Source: Kudoa neothunni (taxonomy: Eukaryota; Animalia; Cnidaria). Taken from it: a stretch of 64,000 bases of DNA. The position numbers and the translations under genes are program-made. Location of the stretch: the NCBI GenBank assembly GCA_964304625.1, contig OZ199838.1:5746243-5810242 (forward strand), read 5' to 3'. Numbering within the stretch: the first letter of the stretch is position 1; each line of letters begins with the position of its first letter. Shown one piece after another: positions 40,057 to 54,897 of the stretch. The notes beneath the pieces were generated by a model that worked only from the letters and a program-made list of their open reading frames with translations, had not been told where the DNA came from and made no database searches.

Positions 40057-41258
40057 TGAAGAACGGTAACAAACAACGATCATAGTCGAGAATTTAATGA
40101 CGTGTCACTGCATCGGCCCAATTTCTTATAACACACACATCCTCAATTTTTACGATACGGGTGAGATTATTTTAACAAGATATTAAGATTTGGATCTTGT
40201 TGTTACTTGTTGATAATAAAATTTGTATCACAGGTATTAGGTGCTACTAACTTTTAAGTATTAATTTAAGTTTTATTCTGATTAAATGTATTCAGCTAGA
40301 AAATATTTTTATTATCGTTACGTACTGGCAAGAAAAACTTATATTTGTAAGTGCATAGACCAATAATGAGTGATCGGAACACATTATCTGATTAACCGAT
40401 TTTTACCAACAATTATGAATCCAATAAAGAGGATGTCCGATAGTGACTGCATTCATAAAATCGGTGGCCTCATGAAATTTTTCATCCTTTTAAAATCTTT
40501 AAAAAATCGATGTAACCACCGTAACAAAATACATATTTATTAATTTATTGTAGAGTTTATTTTGCTAATCCGTTTATCATGAGTTACCCCTTTGGGTATT
40601 GCGTACTATTTTCAATCCCTAGGATACCATAATGTCGCCATGATGTAAAATTGTTTATAAAACTTTATAGAATTCAATTAATACTATAAAATGACAAAAA
40701 ATTATTATTTTCTAATATTCGAAATAAACTAATGTACATATTTAGGACTCATTAGTGTGGTCGGATACTGGTCGAAGTCGTTGCTGAATCGTTTGTTATT
40801 CTACAGAATAAACTCTTTTTGTGGTATAAAAATTGTTTATATTATGAAATAAAGATTTGCTTGTTAATTTCCAATGGTAATTAATAAATAATTTAATGAA
40901 ATTTTTCTGGCGCATGCGCGTTACATGGAACAACGAACAACATATTCTTTGGAAAGATAAATACTATTTTTCTTTGTCATACGTATTTATAAATTGAATA
41001 AAATAATCAGAAGGGATATAGGGATCAGCTTAATTTTCCATATATAATCAATTGAAATTGATTCTAGAAAATATAGGTCGCATCACCTTCCTAATCAAGT
41101 ACGGGTTTCTATTATTTTCCCGATTTTAAATTTAAGAATCTTTTTATCATTGAATGCAGAATTTTGATTCCATGTTTAATAAAGATTTTCTAAATTCAGT
41201 GTAACTTTAGATCTGCTAAGTTTATTAGTAAATTAAAATAATTCCAGAGTGACCTTGT

Positions 41259-41900
41259 TTAACCCCTTTCCCAAAGACGGATCGGGATCCAATCCGAACC
41301 CACGACATATTATTGCCTTTTTATTCTATATTTTTTCAGAAATTGATACAGATTTTGTTTGATACTCTCTTAGAAGATAATATTCGGTTATATTTGAAAT
41401 TCGACGCAATTTTTATTTATTACTTGAAATCTTTATTGTTGTGCATAATAAACTTCAGTATTCAAATTAACTATCCATTTATATCAGAGGTTCTCAACGG
41501 TTTTATTAAATTTACCCCCTCGGTCCGATGAAAAATCCAAATTTATCCCCTTAACTTGGAAGCCAAACTAACATCTACTTTGAGGTTTTATATTGGTTTA
41601 GCTGAGACAGAAGTTATTTTCACCGCAAATTATAGTCATAAAAGGTATGTACGACAGCGTAATGACAATTTTTAATCTCAGAAACTTCAAATTTATGACA
41701 TCACTTGGTCAATGTGTTGAAAAATTTCCTCATTAGAACAAGATTATCTAATGTGGAGCACAACATTCTATTTCTTCTGATGTTTTCGATAATTCAAGAA
41801 GAGAAAATTCTCTTTCCAGAGAAATGTTAATCAGAGCTAGAGAAAGTAAAGATGTGCTGTGTTTTCTGATAGAATTAAAATTTATTTTCCGGTAAACAAT
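41259..41900 (+). mobile_element. Degenerate piggyBac-like remnant
   Basis: TTAA-CCCC terminus; YFEVYIG and DNF motifs. Confidence 0.45.
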
Positions 41901-43689
41901 GGCCAAAAAAGGCGAATGTTAATAATTTAATCAAAAAACTTTGTTTTTGAGCCTATTAAATTCTTTAATTTCAAACAATTGCATTACATTCTTTCGTTCG
42001 ATTTTTGAATAACATCTAACAACTATACCTAGGTGAGGTTGTATTTTTATGCGCGACCATTCATTCATTGAAATTAAGAAAAATTATTCAAGTTGATAAT
42101 GTTTAGTTAGATTTTAAATAAAATTAGACTTTTTTGAAAATTGACAACAAACTCTTAATGATAATTTAAAATTTGGATATCACCAACAACAGAATCTTTT
42201 TTTAAATTCAATCACAAAAATCTCTTTGTAATAATTCCAAAATGGTTCATAGTCATGAAAAAATTCTGTCTTGTCGCTAATAATGGTAAAAAAATCCAAA
42301 ATGTTGATCTTAACAGGAGCATAACATCTAAAAATGTGTTCATTTTTATAAATTTTTGACATGTGTTTTTATGCTCAATTTTTATATTACGCGAGCTTTA
42401 AGAATTATTAAAATTTCTAATTGTATCTTATGTTTAGTGAATTTCTATTGCAGACATTTTAATTTGAAATAAAGCATAGTCCAAGTATAAAATTATCTAC
42501 TCGAAGATTTCTCTTAATGAAATCAGTAACAATTAAATTCCATTTTTTGTGAATTTTCAATAACTCCTTATCTTTGAAGCATTGTTTTGCGATTATTCAG
42601 TTTTTTGGAGAACAAGAGTAAAAATCGTACAATTTTTGCTGATTCGTCCGAAATCAGACACGGTTGGCAACATTGATGTGTGTGTGTATGTGTCAGCAAG
42701 TACTCATATGCGTCGAAATTTTTTCCTTATAGAGAGACATTTATAAAATTTTTTAAAAATCACAATGTTTCAAAAAATCTTTAAATCGTTTCCACACTAC
42801 AAAATGTTCCTAAAAGTGTTTAGAAAATGGTGATTTTGTCGATTCAAAGTTTGTTATCGGATTACTTTAGCTCAACAATAGGAATAACATCTGCTTGTGA
42901 CCTGTTGATGGTCAGTTGAAGTTGACATTCCCCCCTAAATGCTCTATCAAATGTTGATTAACTGCTGCTCTAGGACTTTTTATGTAAATTCGATGTGTAA
43001 ATTTAAGTGTTCGTGCAAATACATTCTCTATGTCGAGAGTTTTATCGTATTTGACTTAATAAGCGTACTTTTAAGCCTTTAATACTGATTTTGGATGTAA
43101 CAAAAAGTCTATATTTGAATCATTAATAGCGAAATGATAGATCATGCTATAATCAGATAGATTGCCGAATTATAATACAGGCATTGTGTCCTTAGACCTC
43201 GTTGAAAACGTCCGCTATGTTGAACATTCAGTGATTAAATTCAATGCTGAGAGTTGTAATTTTGCATCGTCTAATTATTTGAATTATTTATGTTGAAGTT
43301 GACGAGATTTGTGACTGTTGCTGGGAAAGAGCGCATTAAAATTTATGTCGGGCCAAAGGATATAAATTTGAGCAGTAAAAATTAATTTACTCATGTTTTC
43401 TTCTATCTCTATATATTTTTTCTTTTTCTATCTCCCTTGAACAATCCAAGGACCAAAAAATAACGTTTCGAATATCACTTTAAGGGAATTTAAATAATTC
43501 GGGGATGCAGATTAAATCCGGCACTGACGTTCAATTATTTAGTTTTGGTGCCGGGGTTTTTGCATCCCTGCACAGAATTGATCATGATTTCAATTTCGCT
43601 AATTGCAATCGTTGAAAGTATGATGCTCAAAAATTTTTAGTTATTCCGCTTCTAGGGGTTAATCCAAAAATTCGATATATTTTTTGAAT

Positions 43690-43750
43690 GTTATTAAGAA
43701 ACGTCTCTATACGAAATCTTCCCAAAGCAACGCTGGGCAGTCCGCGTTAG
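43690..43750 (+). mobile_element. Possible Helitron 3'-end remnant
   Basis: Degenerate NV.Y.EI-like codons followed by a CCCA..GCAACGCTGGG hairpin. Confidence 0.3.
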
Positions 43751-44839
43751 GTATTATTATTAGGCTACATCTCTAAAAAATAAACGAGACACAAAAGAAA
43801 GAGATTGATAACATCTTTATAAATTGTTGTTAAATAATTATTCCTAAAGGCATTTTAAGCATTACTGACAACTTGTTGAGTTTAATAACCCTAAATAATA
43901 TAATTCTGTAGACATCATTAAATAAGTCACAAACCGCATTATGCAAAAATTTCTCCTACCTAATATTAATATCACTTAATTTACTCCCAGTTTAAAACCC
44001 ATGAGTTATATAATACATCAGTTGAATTAATCATATAAACAATATTAAAATGAAATAACTTCTCTAGGGTTAATAAATTAATACAATGATTCTCCAAATG
44101 GGTTCTGTGGTACCCGAAGGTTCCACGAAGCGAGGACAGGGGTTCCACAAAGCTACAATGAAAAACAATATTTAATCATAACCTAAGAAATTGGTACATA
44201 TCGTATCTTATGACGTCAGTGAATGTTTCACTGATAGCTGGCCCTCGCCCATGAGCTACGCATCATCGTACGTGCAGGAAGAATGTGCTGTTTTTCTGTT
44301 AATACAAGTATTTCTTTTATTCTACAAATTATTTGAACCATTCTTAAATCTTTAAATGGATCAATTCTCAGAAAAGATAAGTAGAACATCGTCTAAAGAA
44401 GACGCAGAAATAGATTAACTTGAAAATGAACGATCTGCGAGCTCTCATTAAAGATGTTGTGTCCAAATTCAGAAAGCGGTTAGAAAAAGAAAACACGGTA
44501 TATGTTCTAATTTACTGTGTGTTTTAAATTATTTTCTTTATTAAAATATTTATTTGCTGTTACGATTTCGTTGTGTTTAACAAATAAAATTTTCCTTTTA
44601 TTCGATAAAGTTTTCATACGTAACATAAATAAATGTTAAAATATAGTCAGACTTAATAACATTTTAAACATTCATAAATTTTATTTTATGAGTTTGATTA
44701 TATTTGAGTCACCAAAATCATATTAAATCCATAATTATACTATATCGCGACAAATATTTGATTGTATGGAAATAATGAATTCCGAAATATAAGAGAAAAC
44801 TCATTTTGTTGAATCAAGTGAGTATGTTAAGAATTAAAG

Positions 44840-46620
44840 TTAAATTGATGGACATGGGTCGGGACATTCACGGAGATAGGATTGACTGATTTGGTCAGAC
44901 AATTTCATCACGGTTGTATGAATTGTTAGCTATATTTCAAAATAAACAAGATAATGCTAAACAAATAAATACCTTGTTAAGAATCGGTTTTGTTGAGAGA
45001 ATATTGAGAAGTGATTCGACCAAATTCTCTTCTAAAGCTCCTTTTCTATCCTAAAATCAATTTACACATAAACCTTGCTAGATATATAATTTGGTGTACG
45101 TGTTTTAATAATTTGATACATTTATCACACTAAAAAGTTACAAATATCACCAACACAAAGCGAAAAAACCGTACAACAGTGTATCTATTATCAAATGGAG
45201 GATCTGGATAAATTTTGTCATAATTGGAAATATGTAAAAACCAATGATCCGAGTTTTCATCCATTCTATATTATAGCCATTAATTAAATTTATCATTTGA
45301 ATTACGTTTCGATGGCATCAACTGTGCGCTTGCCTCTAGTTATCAAGGCTGCCTACAATGAGGTGAATAATATCAGCGTAAACCAACCAATTTACTTTAT
45401 GTTTATTACTCCCAATAGTGATGTAGGAAGGAGCAATAAATTTTTCATTTGTAAATCTTTCAAGAGCATCCTCGTAACTATAAAATTCATTCATAAATAT
45501 CAAACTGAATCGAATACTTTGTTTGACTTAAAATCAAATCTCTTGCAACAAAACTCACAAGTTTTTCCTTACCCATGTTTTTGATTAGATCTATGTGTAT
45601 TAGGAGTTTTTAGTTTACATACTGCGAAATGAATTAGAATCGGTACCAAATATTGAGGGGACTAACGTGAATCTCTGGTTAATCGAAAAGGTGAAACCAT
45701 TCTAACGCATAGATATTATGTTGTAAATTTAAGAATTTTAATGCTTACGGTTGACATAGCTGTGAGGAACCCAATAAATCCCACAAAACCGCTTGATTTA
45801 GCTATGGGTTTCTGATCTCTCTAAAAACTATTTTATAATCAGCTCAACAAAAATTCATACCTCCCAAGTAATTTCTATCGCCATTTTTCTCAGTAAAGTG
45901 GTCATCAACCAACTATGATCGGTCTTATTCCACCCAAGAAATAACCCAAAATCAAGATTTCTTCCATGATATATCTCCCCTAAGCATACTTCAATAGACG
46001 AACCAATAGTAAATCAACCAGTAATGCTATTCTTCATAACAATAGAAGTGCAGAATGTGGATATTTCATAAAATAAATTAACAACAACTATGGATTCTAA
46101 TGGAACGTCCGCTCCTTTCGAAACACCTTTCATCTCAGCTACATATTCTTCGGGGATCGATGGAATTAAAAATTTCTGTATAATAATTGTATTCATTTGC
46201 TGAATCTACCCAATTTACCATATATGAGCGTAGAAGTCGGAATAGAATTCCAAACTTGTTTTCGATAGTTTTCAACAAATTTTGTAACTTCATAGAATTT
46301 TAATTTATTTAAAGATAGAAAGAATTTACGTCTTTCTTATGCACTCTCGATATGTTCACCCATCGCAATTCTGGTTGTGTGTTTAAACTTATCACATAAT
46401 TCTCAAGCAAGTTTCTAATTAAAAATCATTTTTTAACTTTTTGTAGATATGATTTGTGGTATTTCAAAATGTTACTTCGATGTGAGATTATTATTCGTTT
46501 CACAAATTCTGGTGACCTAGAACAAGTCAATTCAATTAGAATCAGGTAACTATTCACTTTGAAGAAATTTTCACAATTAGAAAGTGAGACAAATGCTATG
46601 AAAAGCCAGATAAATATCAT
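44840..46620 (-). CDS. ASAH1: Acid ceramidase (Ntn hydrolase), many short introns
   Basis: Signal peptide; NLFYEISTFCTSIV (catalytic Cys), HGRNLDFGLFLGW, LSTKPILNKLTIHTTVM, LRECPDPCP; some internal exon boundaries unresolved. Confidence 0.9.
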
Positions 46621-47515
46621 TTTCTACCAATTATTGAACCACTGCAATTTCCTAATCTTAATAGGATTTTTTGGTAAATCAGTAAATTCTACAAAACAAC
46701 AAAATCCATTCTATTTAATTTTTCCATTATTTTAAAAAATGTTAATTATGATATTTTCGAAAATGTACCATTTTACGTTTATCTAACGATAATTATGGCA
46801 TGATTATAAAATGGCCGTAGTATTAGTGTGTAAGACGATTGTCGCAATACAATCCGATCAATAAGATATTTCCTAAAAATTCTATAGAGATTATAAATAT
46901 TAATGAAAATATATTAACTCGTTTTAGACAAAACATTAATAAAAGATATTAATGATGAATAATATGATTTAATTAAACGTTCATCTATAATGATTACATG
47001 CATCAGGTTATTTTTATAATTAAGCCTTAGATTCACTGATACAATAAAGCCACTTACGCTTAAATACAGTAAGATAAAGATTTTAAATTATGCACAGAAA
47101 TATTTGAACCGTGTGTAATAAAGGATAGATGAATACTCATAACCAAAAACTATCCATTCCCAAATTTGCACATGCCAACAACAAAAAATCGTAACAAATT
47201 TTAAATATATATACAACTGCTTAAGAAAGCTAACTCCTGGAGTTTTTTATAATGACTTTTTGAAATTTTTAACCATCGAGCATCTGTGGAAAACATTTAC
47301 GCGAATACCTGGAGATGGCCGCTGTGTCAATACGTCCATATGCAAAAATGGATTAAAATAAAAAAAATCATTGTATTTGAAGTTAAGAACATAATTATCT
47401 TCATTAGTTTTTACATTATAAAATATAATAAATTTGTAAAAATAAATCAATGATGCATTTTTCTGAGGATTATTTGCGAACGTGCGCAAAACAGGAATAA
47501 CTATGCTTGTAAATA

Positions 47516-48091
47516 CAGTAGGCAACCGATGATACGCGCTTTCATCGACACGACGTATTCAAAGTTTCTATTGGGTGAAACATTTTATGATATTTTTGTG
47601 ATTGTAAAAAGATAAGTCTTAAAAATATATCTTAATTAAATTAGGAGATTTCCAATCTGTTATGCCACTTGACTAACTGATAATACGAGCTTTTTCGGCC
47701 AAACCACTTAGATTAAATCGTTTTTATTGGAAACGAGGGAAAAATTTTAATTCCGACGGTTGAATTTTTGAGGTATCTCAAAAAATGATCATTTCCATGA
47801 AAATGGAAATAGAAATAGAATAAATTTTATTTCAAGACAATGTTAGTTGCCAATTAAATAATGTTATAGATGTACATAAATAAAAATTTTACCCCAATGT
47901 AAATGAATATAAATATTTTATCAATAGATATGATTAAAACAAAAATAATTTTAATAATGTTTTTTTGTTATTCTAATTAAAAAAAAGTATAATACCTATG
48001 CTGAAAAATAAAGAAAACACAATAACAAATTAAAAGCGCACGCACTTTTTTGGGTGGTCCTCGGGGACTACATATTATCGATTGCCTACTG
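47516..48091. mobile_element. MITE, Tigger-type
   Basis: TA-CAGTAGGCAACCGAT / ATCGATTGCCTACTG-TA. Confidence 0.8.
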
Positions 48092-48216
48092 TACTTTGAA
48101 GAGCGTGAAAAGGCAGGGATAAACGTTTTTGTTATTTTTTCATTTTTCACATTTTCTCATAACTACTATTTTATTATGAAATCTCTTCCCCTGTTGACAG
48201 AAATATGTTAAACGTA

Positions 48217-50048
48217 CAGTAGTGCAGGGATATTGCGCATTAAAAATCCCCCAAATTAGATCCAACGACATGGTTAGTACGCAATTAAGAAATCAGAGAT
48301 AATATCGATCGTTAGATGAGAAGATTAAAATAATAAATTATTACGGCGAAATGAAAGGATTCAATGGCTCAATAACTAAAACCGTTGAGAAATTTAATCT
48401 CAAATCGATATTTTCTTTGAATAGCATATTATTAAAAAGGAGCGGTATTACGAACAATTTAAACTCTGGAGACCCAGATCACAGCAGAAAAACCTTAAGA
48501 AAAGGGAATTTTTCCACGTTAGATTCCAAAGTTAAGGAGTGGATTGAGTTAATAAGAACTAATAATATCGAGTTATCAAGGGATGATATAATTAATAATG
48601 CTAACGACTATTCATTTGAAGTTAAAAAAACAACTTCTAAAGTTGGTAGAGGTTGGTTTCAAGGCTTTGCTTCAAGAGTTGGGCTGAAGAAGAACAAATT
48701 CACAGGAGAGTCTAAGAGTGTCGATCCTGAAATAGTTTCCTCTTGGAAAGATCAACTGTTAAAATTGATTGACAATTATGACCCAAAAGATATTTTTAAT
48801 TAGAATGAGACTGAGCTATTTTATCAGCAAAGAAAAAATAAAATATACTTTAAATTTGTATCACAATATGAAATTTGGTGCATGGTTACGTATTTAAAAA
48901 GGAGGGAAACTTGCACGGTTCTAAAAATCGAAGAAGAGAGTAACTATTCTTGCCATTTTCTCGATGTTTTGAGAAAAATGACCGTTATTAATAATTGGAA
49001 ATTTTGAAAAACCTCGTTGCTTTCGGAAGATTAAGGATCCCCCACTTCCCTATTACGTAGATAAGAAAGCTTGGATGACCAGCTTGATTTTTTCAAAATA
49101 ACTAACGGAGTGGAATCGTGAACTTTCTCGATGCAAGAGAAGTATCTTATTATTTGTTGATAATTGTCCAGCCCACCCAACACTAAATTTTTCAAACGTC
49201 CAACTCTGTTTTTTCCCATCCAAAACAACCAATGTATTGCAGCAATTGGATCAGGGAATTATTAACAGTTTTAAATGTATTTACAAAAATCATCTGACAA
49301 ATTATTTTATAAATAAAGCCATTTCTAATTCCACGGATGTTTCCGATAACAATTTAAGTGATGATCCTCCAGAGTTACTTGAAGCTATGTATATGATTAA
49401 AGAAGCATGGCAATTAGTGACTGACGAAACAATAAAAAGCTGTTTTAAAAAATATCTCTTTTTTAATAACTGTGATTCAGCAGACATCATCCCTTCGTTT
49501 GAAAGGAATTTACCAGGAAATCAACTTAGAGACTGCGTTGATTAAGAATGTGTTAACTTGATAAATAATGGAGTCGACACAATGGATGAATCGTCTTCTA
49601 ATGAAAATTATGAACAAACTAGCACTATTTGTTCCATAAATAAAGTTACGAACATTTAAATAAATTGAGGAAATTTTTTTCGTTCATGACCAAGCTATGT
49701 TAGAAAATATAACCAAATTAGACTTTTTTATTTGCAACATAAGACGCGGTTCGCAAAATACGATAAAATAACCGATTATTTCAAAAAATCTGCATAATTT
49801 CGAATTATTATAGTTTATTCACCTTATATTTATTTTTTCGTGTATTTACTATTGATTTTTCCCAAATATATTCGAGTTACCATTAATATGGGTGGGCAAA
49901 TACGGTTGTTAAATACAAAATACAGCGGCGCGCGACTAAGATTTTTCTCTCATTTTGCGCGCGCGGACATGGATACTACGTAATACAGGGGGTACTACGC
50001 ACCTAAATGTTTCGTCCCAAAAAAGTGTGTAGTATCCCTGCACTACTG
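48217..50048 (+). mobile_element. Tigger transposon, full-length and degenerate
   Basis: TIR CAGTAGTGCAGGGATA / TATCCCTGCACTACTG with TA TSD; CENP-B HTH, DNCPAH, LQQLDQGII. Confidence 0.92.
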
Positions 50049-52667
50049 TATATAGTATAAGGATTTTTAGATTTTGATTTTTTGAGTTATGATAATATGA
50101 TCCAATTTAAACGACTATATTTAATTTTCTACTTTTTGTTGATATGTAATTTAACAAAATTATTATAATATGCGCAATTCACATGCCAGATTAAATTAGT
50201 TAACAGAATCAAGTTGTTATAGAAACAAAAAAATGAATGTTTAAAAAATTTGTTTCTTCAAAGTTCATTTATAATGTTTATTTTACTGTAGAAAAGTTTT
50301 TTATATATTTCAACTATCTAAACGTTATTACAGTCAACAACGGTTATTGCGTAATTGGATATTGCGTACTTTTCATTGCGTGTCATTATTTTATCGTTTT
50401 ATAAGGTGCAGTTCTATCTTATAAGTCTTTTAAGCTATTAAGAAAACATTTTGAATTATTTTTTAAGAATTTTTTTTATGAATGCTAGAAAATGGATATT
50501 GCGCACTAATTTTAGTCACCATGAAATTTAACAAGATCTCGAAATCAAAGAGTACTATCGTTATTTGGTGATGTCAATTTTTTTCTATTTTAATATTAAT
50601 AAAAACTATTCTGAGTTAGTTTATTAAATAACAAAAATTGAACTACTAGCTAATACAGAAAAACAGAAATGTTTTTATAATTTAAATATTATCCATATGT
50701 GTAAATTTAATAGTACTTTAGTTTCCTTACAGGATTACATGTTGCTATTTTAATCTGAGTAGGTTGGTTCATTTTAAACTATAATGATAACACATGAATG
50801 TACACTTTTACTATTAGATTGTTTTGGGGTTAGATTAACTCCATTTTATTGCGTAAAAAAGATAATAATCTAAATAAAGAATAAATTTCTTCATTAGAGC
50901 ATAATATTAATTGCTGATTAAATTAAAAAATATTTTTATTATGTTTAATGTTGTTGATGTAACTACGACAAGTAGATAATGTTATCAATATGGATGACAT
51001 TTAAATATTTTTTATAGAAAACTGTGAGCTTACTTACTAAATATAAATTGACTTTTTTTATTGCATATATTTCTGAGAGCCTAATACCAATGATCAAATT
51101 GATGATAAATAAAATATACGTGTTCCAATAAAATCTTGGAAGAATCTGACCAACAACAATCAGTGGTGACACTATAAATAAATTTCGTTTTCTTTCGATT
51201 TAATGAATTAATTAAAATAAATTTTTATTTATTAATAATAAACTAAAGTGTCTATTTTCTAAAATTTACAAGATACGTATGTAAAGGTGCAAATGGATTA
51301 ACAAACTCGTTAAACCTTACATAAAATATTAAAATGATGTAATACAAAAATAATTCACGTGTATAACATTTTTTTTTAAATAATCATACTTTACATTAAT
51401 TTCGAAACATTACTAAAATGTGTTTTATGTCTGTGCAATCTAACGGCTGTATGGAGCAGAATTTTTATTTTGTATTTTCTGTTCAACCGTTTTTTATTTT
51501 ATTTATTATAGATGTTATATTTTTCATTATAAATAACGTATAGATTGATACCATTATAATATGAGAAACAACGGGTTAAAATATCCGATGGAATATTCCT
51601 TCCTATATTAATTACATATCATTTAAATTTGGCTATAGAAAATCCCGAAAAAAATTTATAAACTAGAACATCATTATCGATTGTCGAAAACGATGTTTAA
51701 TTTTAAAAATTTAAAAATTTTAGTAGTTTAATTAAGAATTTTTTTAAATACTGTAAACAAGCCTATAATTATAAATGATAAGTATTAAACAGCGAATAAT
51801 ATATTGGAACAGATTGCATTTTTTGGATTTAATTATCATGCTTTTTTTCTTCACAATTAAAAATTAACATTTTATAACCGTTTTTATAAAAATATTTCAT
51901 AACGTTTTTCAACTGTAATAATATCTAATTGCATCATTGTTAAAAAAATTTTAATGAATATAAATACACCCGATTATATAAGATGAAATCATAAATTTAA
52001 AAATTAAATTAAACGTAAAATAACAACTTTATTCGAAACACGCGCACGCCCTATATGTTATGGTTCTTACGTATATCTTATGCTTTTTCTTATCCAACCA
52101 AACCTTGGTAAATCCAAATCTGTTTATAATTTAATTCGCAAAATTAGATTTAAAAGAAAAATTTGTCGAAAAATAATTCAGAAGGAACACCTTTCTAGAT
52201 ACACAAAGGCGATCAAGTTTGCCTTTAATTCTCAACTTTTAAAGTTTTAATAATTCTAACAAGATGGTTATATCATTATTAATCAGTTAGATCATGGAAA
52301 CATATGCAATTATAGAATCTGGTTCTTATTCTTATACGAACAATCCATTTATTTGAAATGAAAATTCTCAATATGATGCAAATCACAATGAAAATGACCA
52401 ACTCACGTATGTATTAAACGTGGAGAAACTGAAGAATGATATCTCAGAAATACGCTGAATATTTTAACTTAAGACACAAATGGATTGAATGATTCCTACC
52501 CAGTGGTGGATAGGACATCTAAAATTGTAAAATATACCTAGAAATGTATTTTATAAAAAATTTTCCAAAAAATAGATGTTGATTAGTTTATTTTAACAAA
52601 AATAATTGAGTTTAAAATTTCACGCGCGCGCGATTACATGGATATTGCGCACAGAATATATATTGTG

Positions 52668-54042
52668 GGCTATAGTCTGGTATCTGTGTCTGCCTCGACA
52701 AGCTTCGTCTCCAATAGGGTAAAACAGCGAGATGAGTAATTTTCATCCAAAATCCCTCCTTCACAAACGATGACGTTCGAAAACATTGTTGCATATTTTG
52801 TCGCACCACAATATTTGAGTGGAAGTCAATTATAAGAAATATGATGGTATGCAAATTAAGTGACCATTTTTCAAAAATTGGAGATAAAGGAAAAATCATG
52901 CAGATAGATGGATGAGAACGGCTAAACTACACAACACGGGATCGCTTCGGTAAAAATCGGAATATTTAAATTATACGATAAATTATTGTTTATTTCTCTA
53001 AAAAATGAACTTACTTCGCGTTTTTTTATATTTTCTTGCGAAAATATAATCGTATAGCGGTTCAAGATCTTTGTTTGTAATGCTACGGTACTTTTTCTTG
53101 AAAGCACCCCAAGCAGCTACAATTCGGTTAGTATGGGCACCAGTACCTGAAACAAACGAATATTTGTGCGTCGCAGTTTCGTGAAGAAATCCAGGTTCAT
53201 TTACACGTCGATATCGTGCCCAGCTATCGGTCCACACAATTGAAATTTCCATCACTCTATTTAAAATAATATTTTCAAGAATATCGCGGTTCCTTTTGTT
53301 GGTCAACTCAAAAAACAATCGCTACTCTCATCGATACCATCAACTATCCAATATTGTTGATTTTTCAACAGACGCCCAACGTTGTATTTGCGTTTAGTAA
53401 CGGCAGTTTCATCAATTTGCACTATAATATTTTCATCGGTGATTTTTAGGGGGATAATACTCCGCATTAATTCCCTCCAATCATGAATCGTATTATGCGA
53501 TGAAATTTCAGTATGAGTTCGGATTTCCTCATACGTCACGTTTTTGAATTGGATGTGCGATACAGAAAAAAGAAAAAGTTTCCATAGTGGAAGATTAGAA
53601 TGCTGAAAAATTGAGCCAACTCTTAGATTTTTTTCTACAATCTGGGCAGCGGGAAACAACGAATCATTCAGAGACTTCTCAAAAACTTCTCGCATCATGC
53701 ATCCACATTCACATTTCTTCTGTGAAGAAATAATACCGAGATATTGAATAATTCTTATGTTATACATCGTATCATATTAAAAAAACCATAATCAGTGGCC
53801 TTTATGGTGTCAATATTTTCTAAATCAAAGGTTTTTAGCGAGAAACTCATTTCTCGACGGTTTCCGACTTTCACGGAAGAGGTCCCGTATTGTGTAGTTT
53901 AGACGAAAAAAATATTCTGGAAAAGAGTCGCACATATTATTTCAACATGTCATGAAATCTTCTTTGTTTTAAATTAAATCCCGAAGTTTACCGATCTTAT
54001 GTTTCCGTTGCCGAGGACAGACACAGATATCAGACTATAGCC
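52668..54042 (+). mobile_element. Merlin element (outer)
   Basis: TIR GGCTATAGTCTG(G/A)TATCTGTGTCTG; 8-bp TSD ATATTGTG/GTATTGTG; KIGDKGKIMQID fragment. Confidence 0.85.
52920..53904 (-). mobile_element. Merlin element (inner)
   Basis: TIR GGCTAAACTACACAA; VQIDET..KRKYNVGR, WTDSW, GAHTNRI. Confidence 0.88.
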
Positions 54043-54897
54043 GTATTGTGTACCATTTTGCCATTCCCCACAAAAGTCACAATAATCGTTGTTGACTGTA
54101 TTTATACGGTGGCCACGGTGAGCATGTTCACGTTCTCGTGCAACTTTCTTTTTTTTATTTTATGGGAAAATATTATACGTATTCTCCATTATTTAAATAT
54201 TTTTAAACGCACCATTACACTATAAGATACACTATGGGAAAAAGGGAATAAAATATTTTATAACAGTTATTGATATAATAAGCACTGATTAGTCACAGTG
54301 GTCACCTCCAGGTATTAAAGGGTTAATCATTTATCTATTCGATGAATCATGTCTTTTGCAACTCTCATAATTCAGTATTAATCAGTTTCGAGGATTTTAT
54401 TGAAACAGATTTAATAATGACATAATCTACCAGGATCAATGAAAATACTTCAAGTAATAACAAAAGTATTCAAACAACAAATATATCGATTTTGAATCAT
54501 TGGAAAAATATGACAGTTGTTGGTGAGAAAGTCGTCGTCACAGTGCCATATTTTAGAAGACAGCAAATAAAAATATTTAAGACAATCATAACATTATCAA
54601 ATAAAAAATGTGTCGACATTTAATCATTTAACCCCAGAGAATGGATGGAAACGAAATATACCAACTCATACAATCGGATAATTTCGGAAATATCCGACTT
54701 ATAAGTTTACAGTAAGAAACATATTCTAAACTGCTTCCATTTATTTAGCGATTCCAAAATTGTCGGTAAATATTCCAATAATTTATAATTTTTTATTCAT
54801 CTCGAATAAACTCGTGTAAATATCCATCAATTCTACAAGAAATCCTCATACGCACGCGCAGTGTATCCTCGTGTAAGGTGTATCGGAGCATTTCCTG

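Larger units (their letters stand above)
50331..54098. mobile_element. 2.4-kb TIR element copy B (inverted relative to copy A) with nested Merlins
   Basis: CAGTCAACAAC ends with TA; 50490-52650 is the reverse complement of 5370-7740. Confidence 0.88.
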
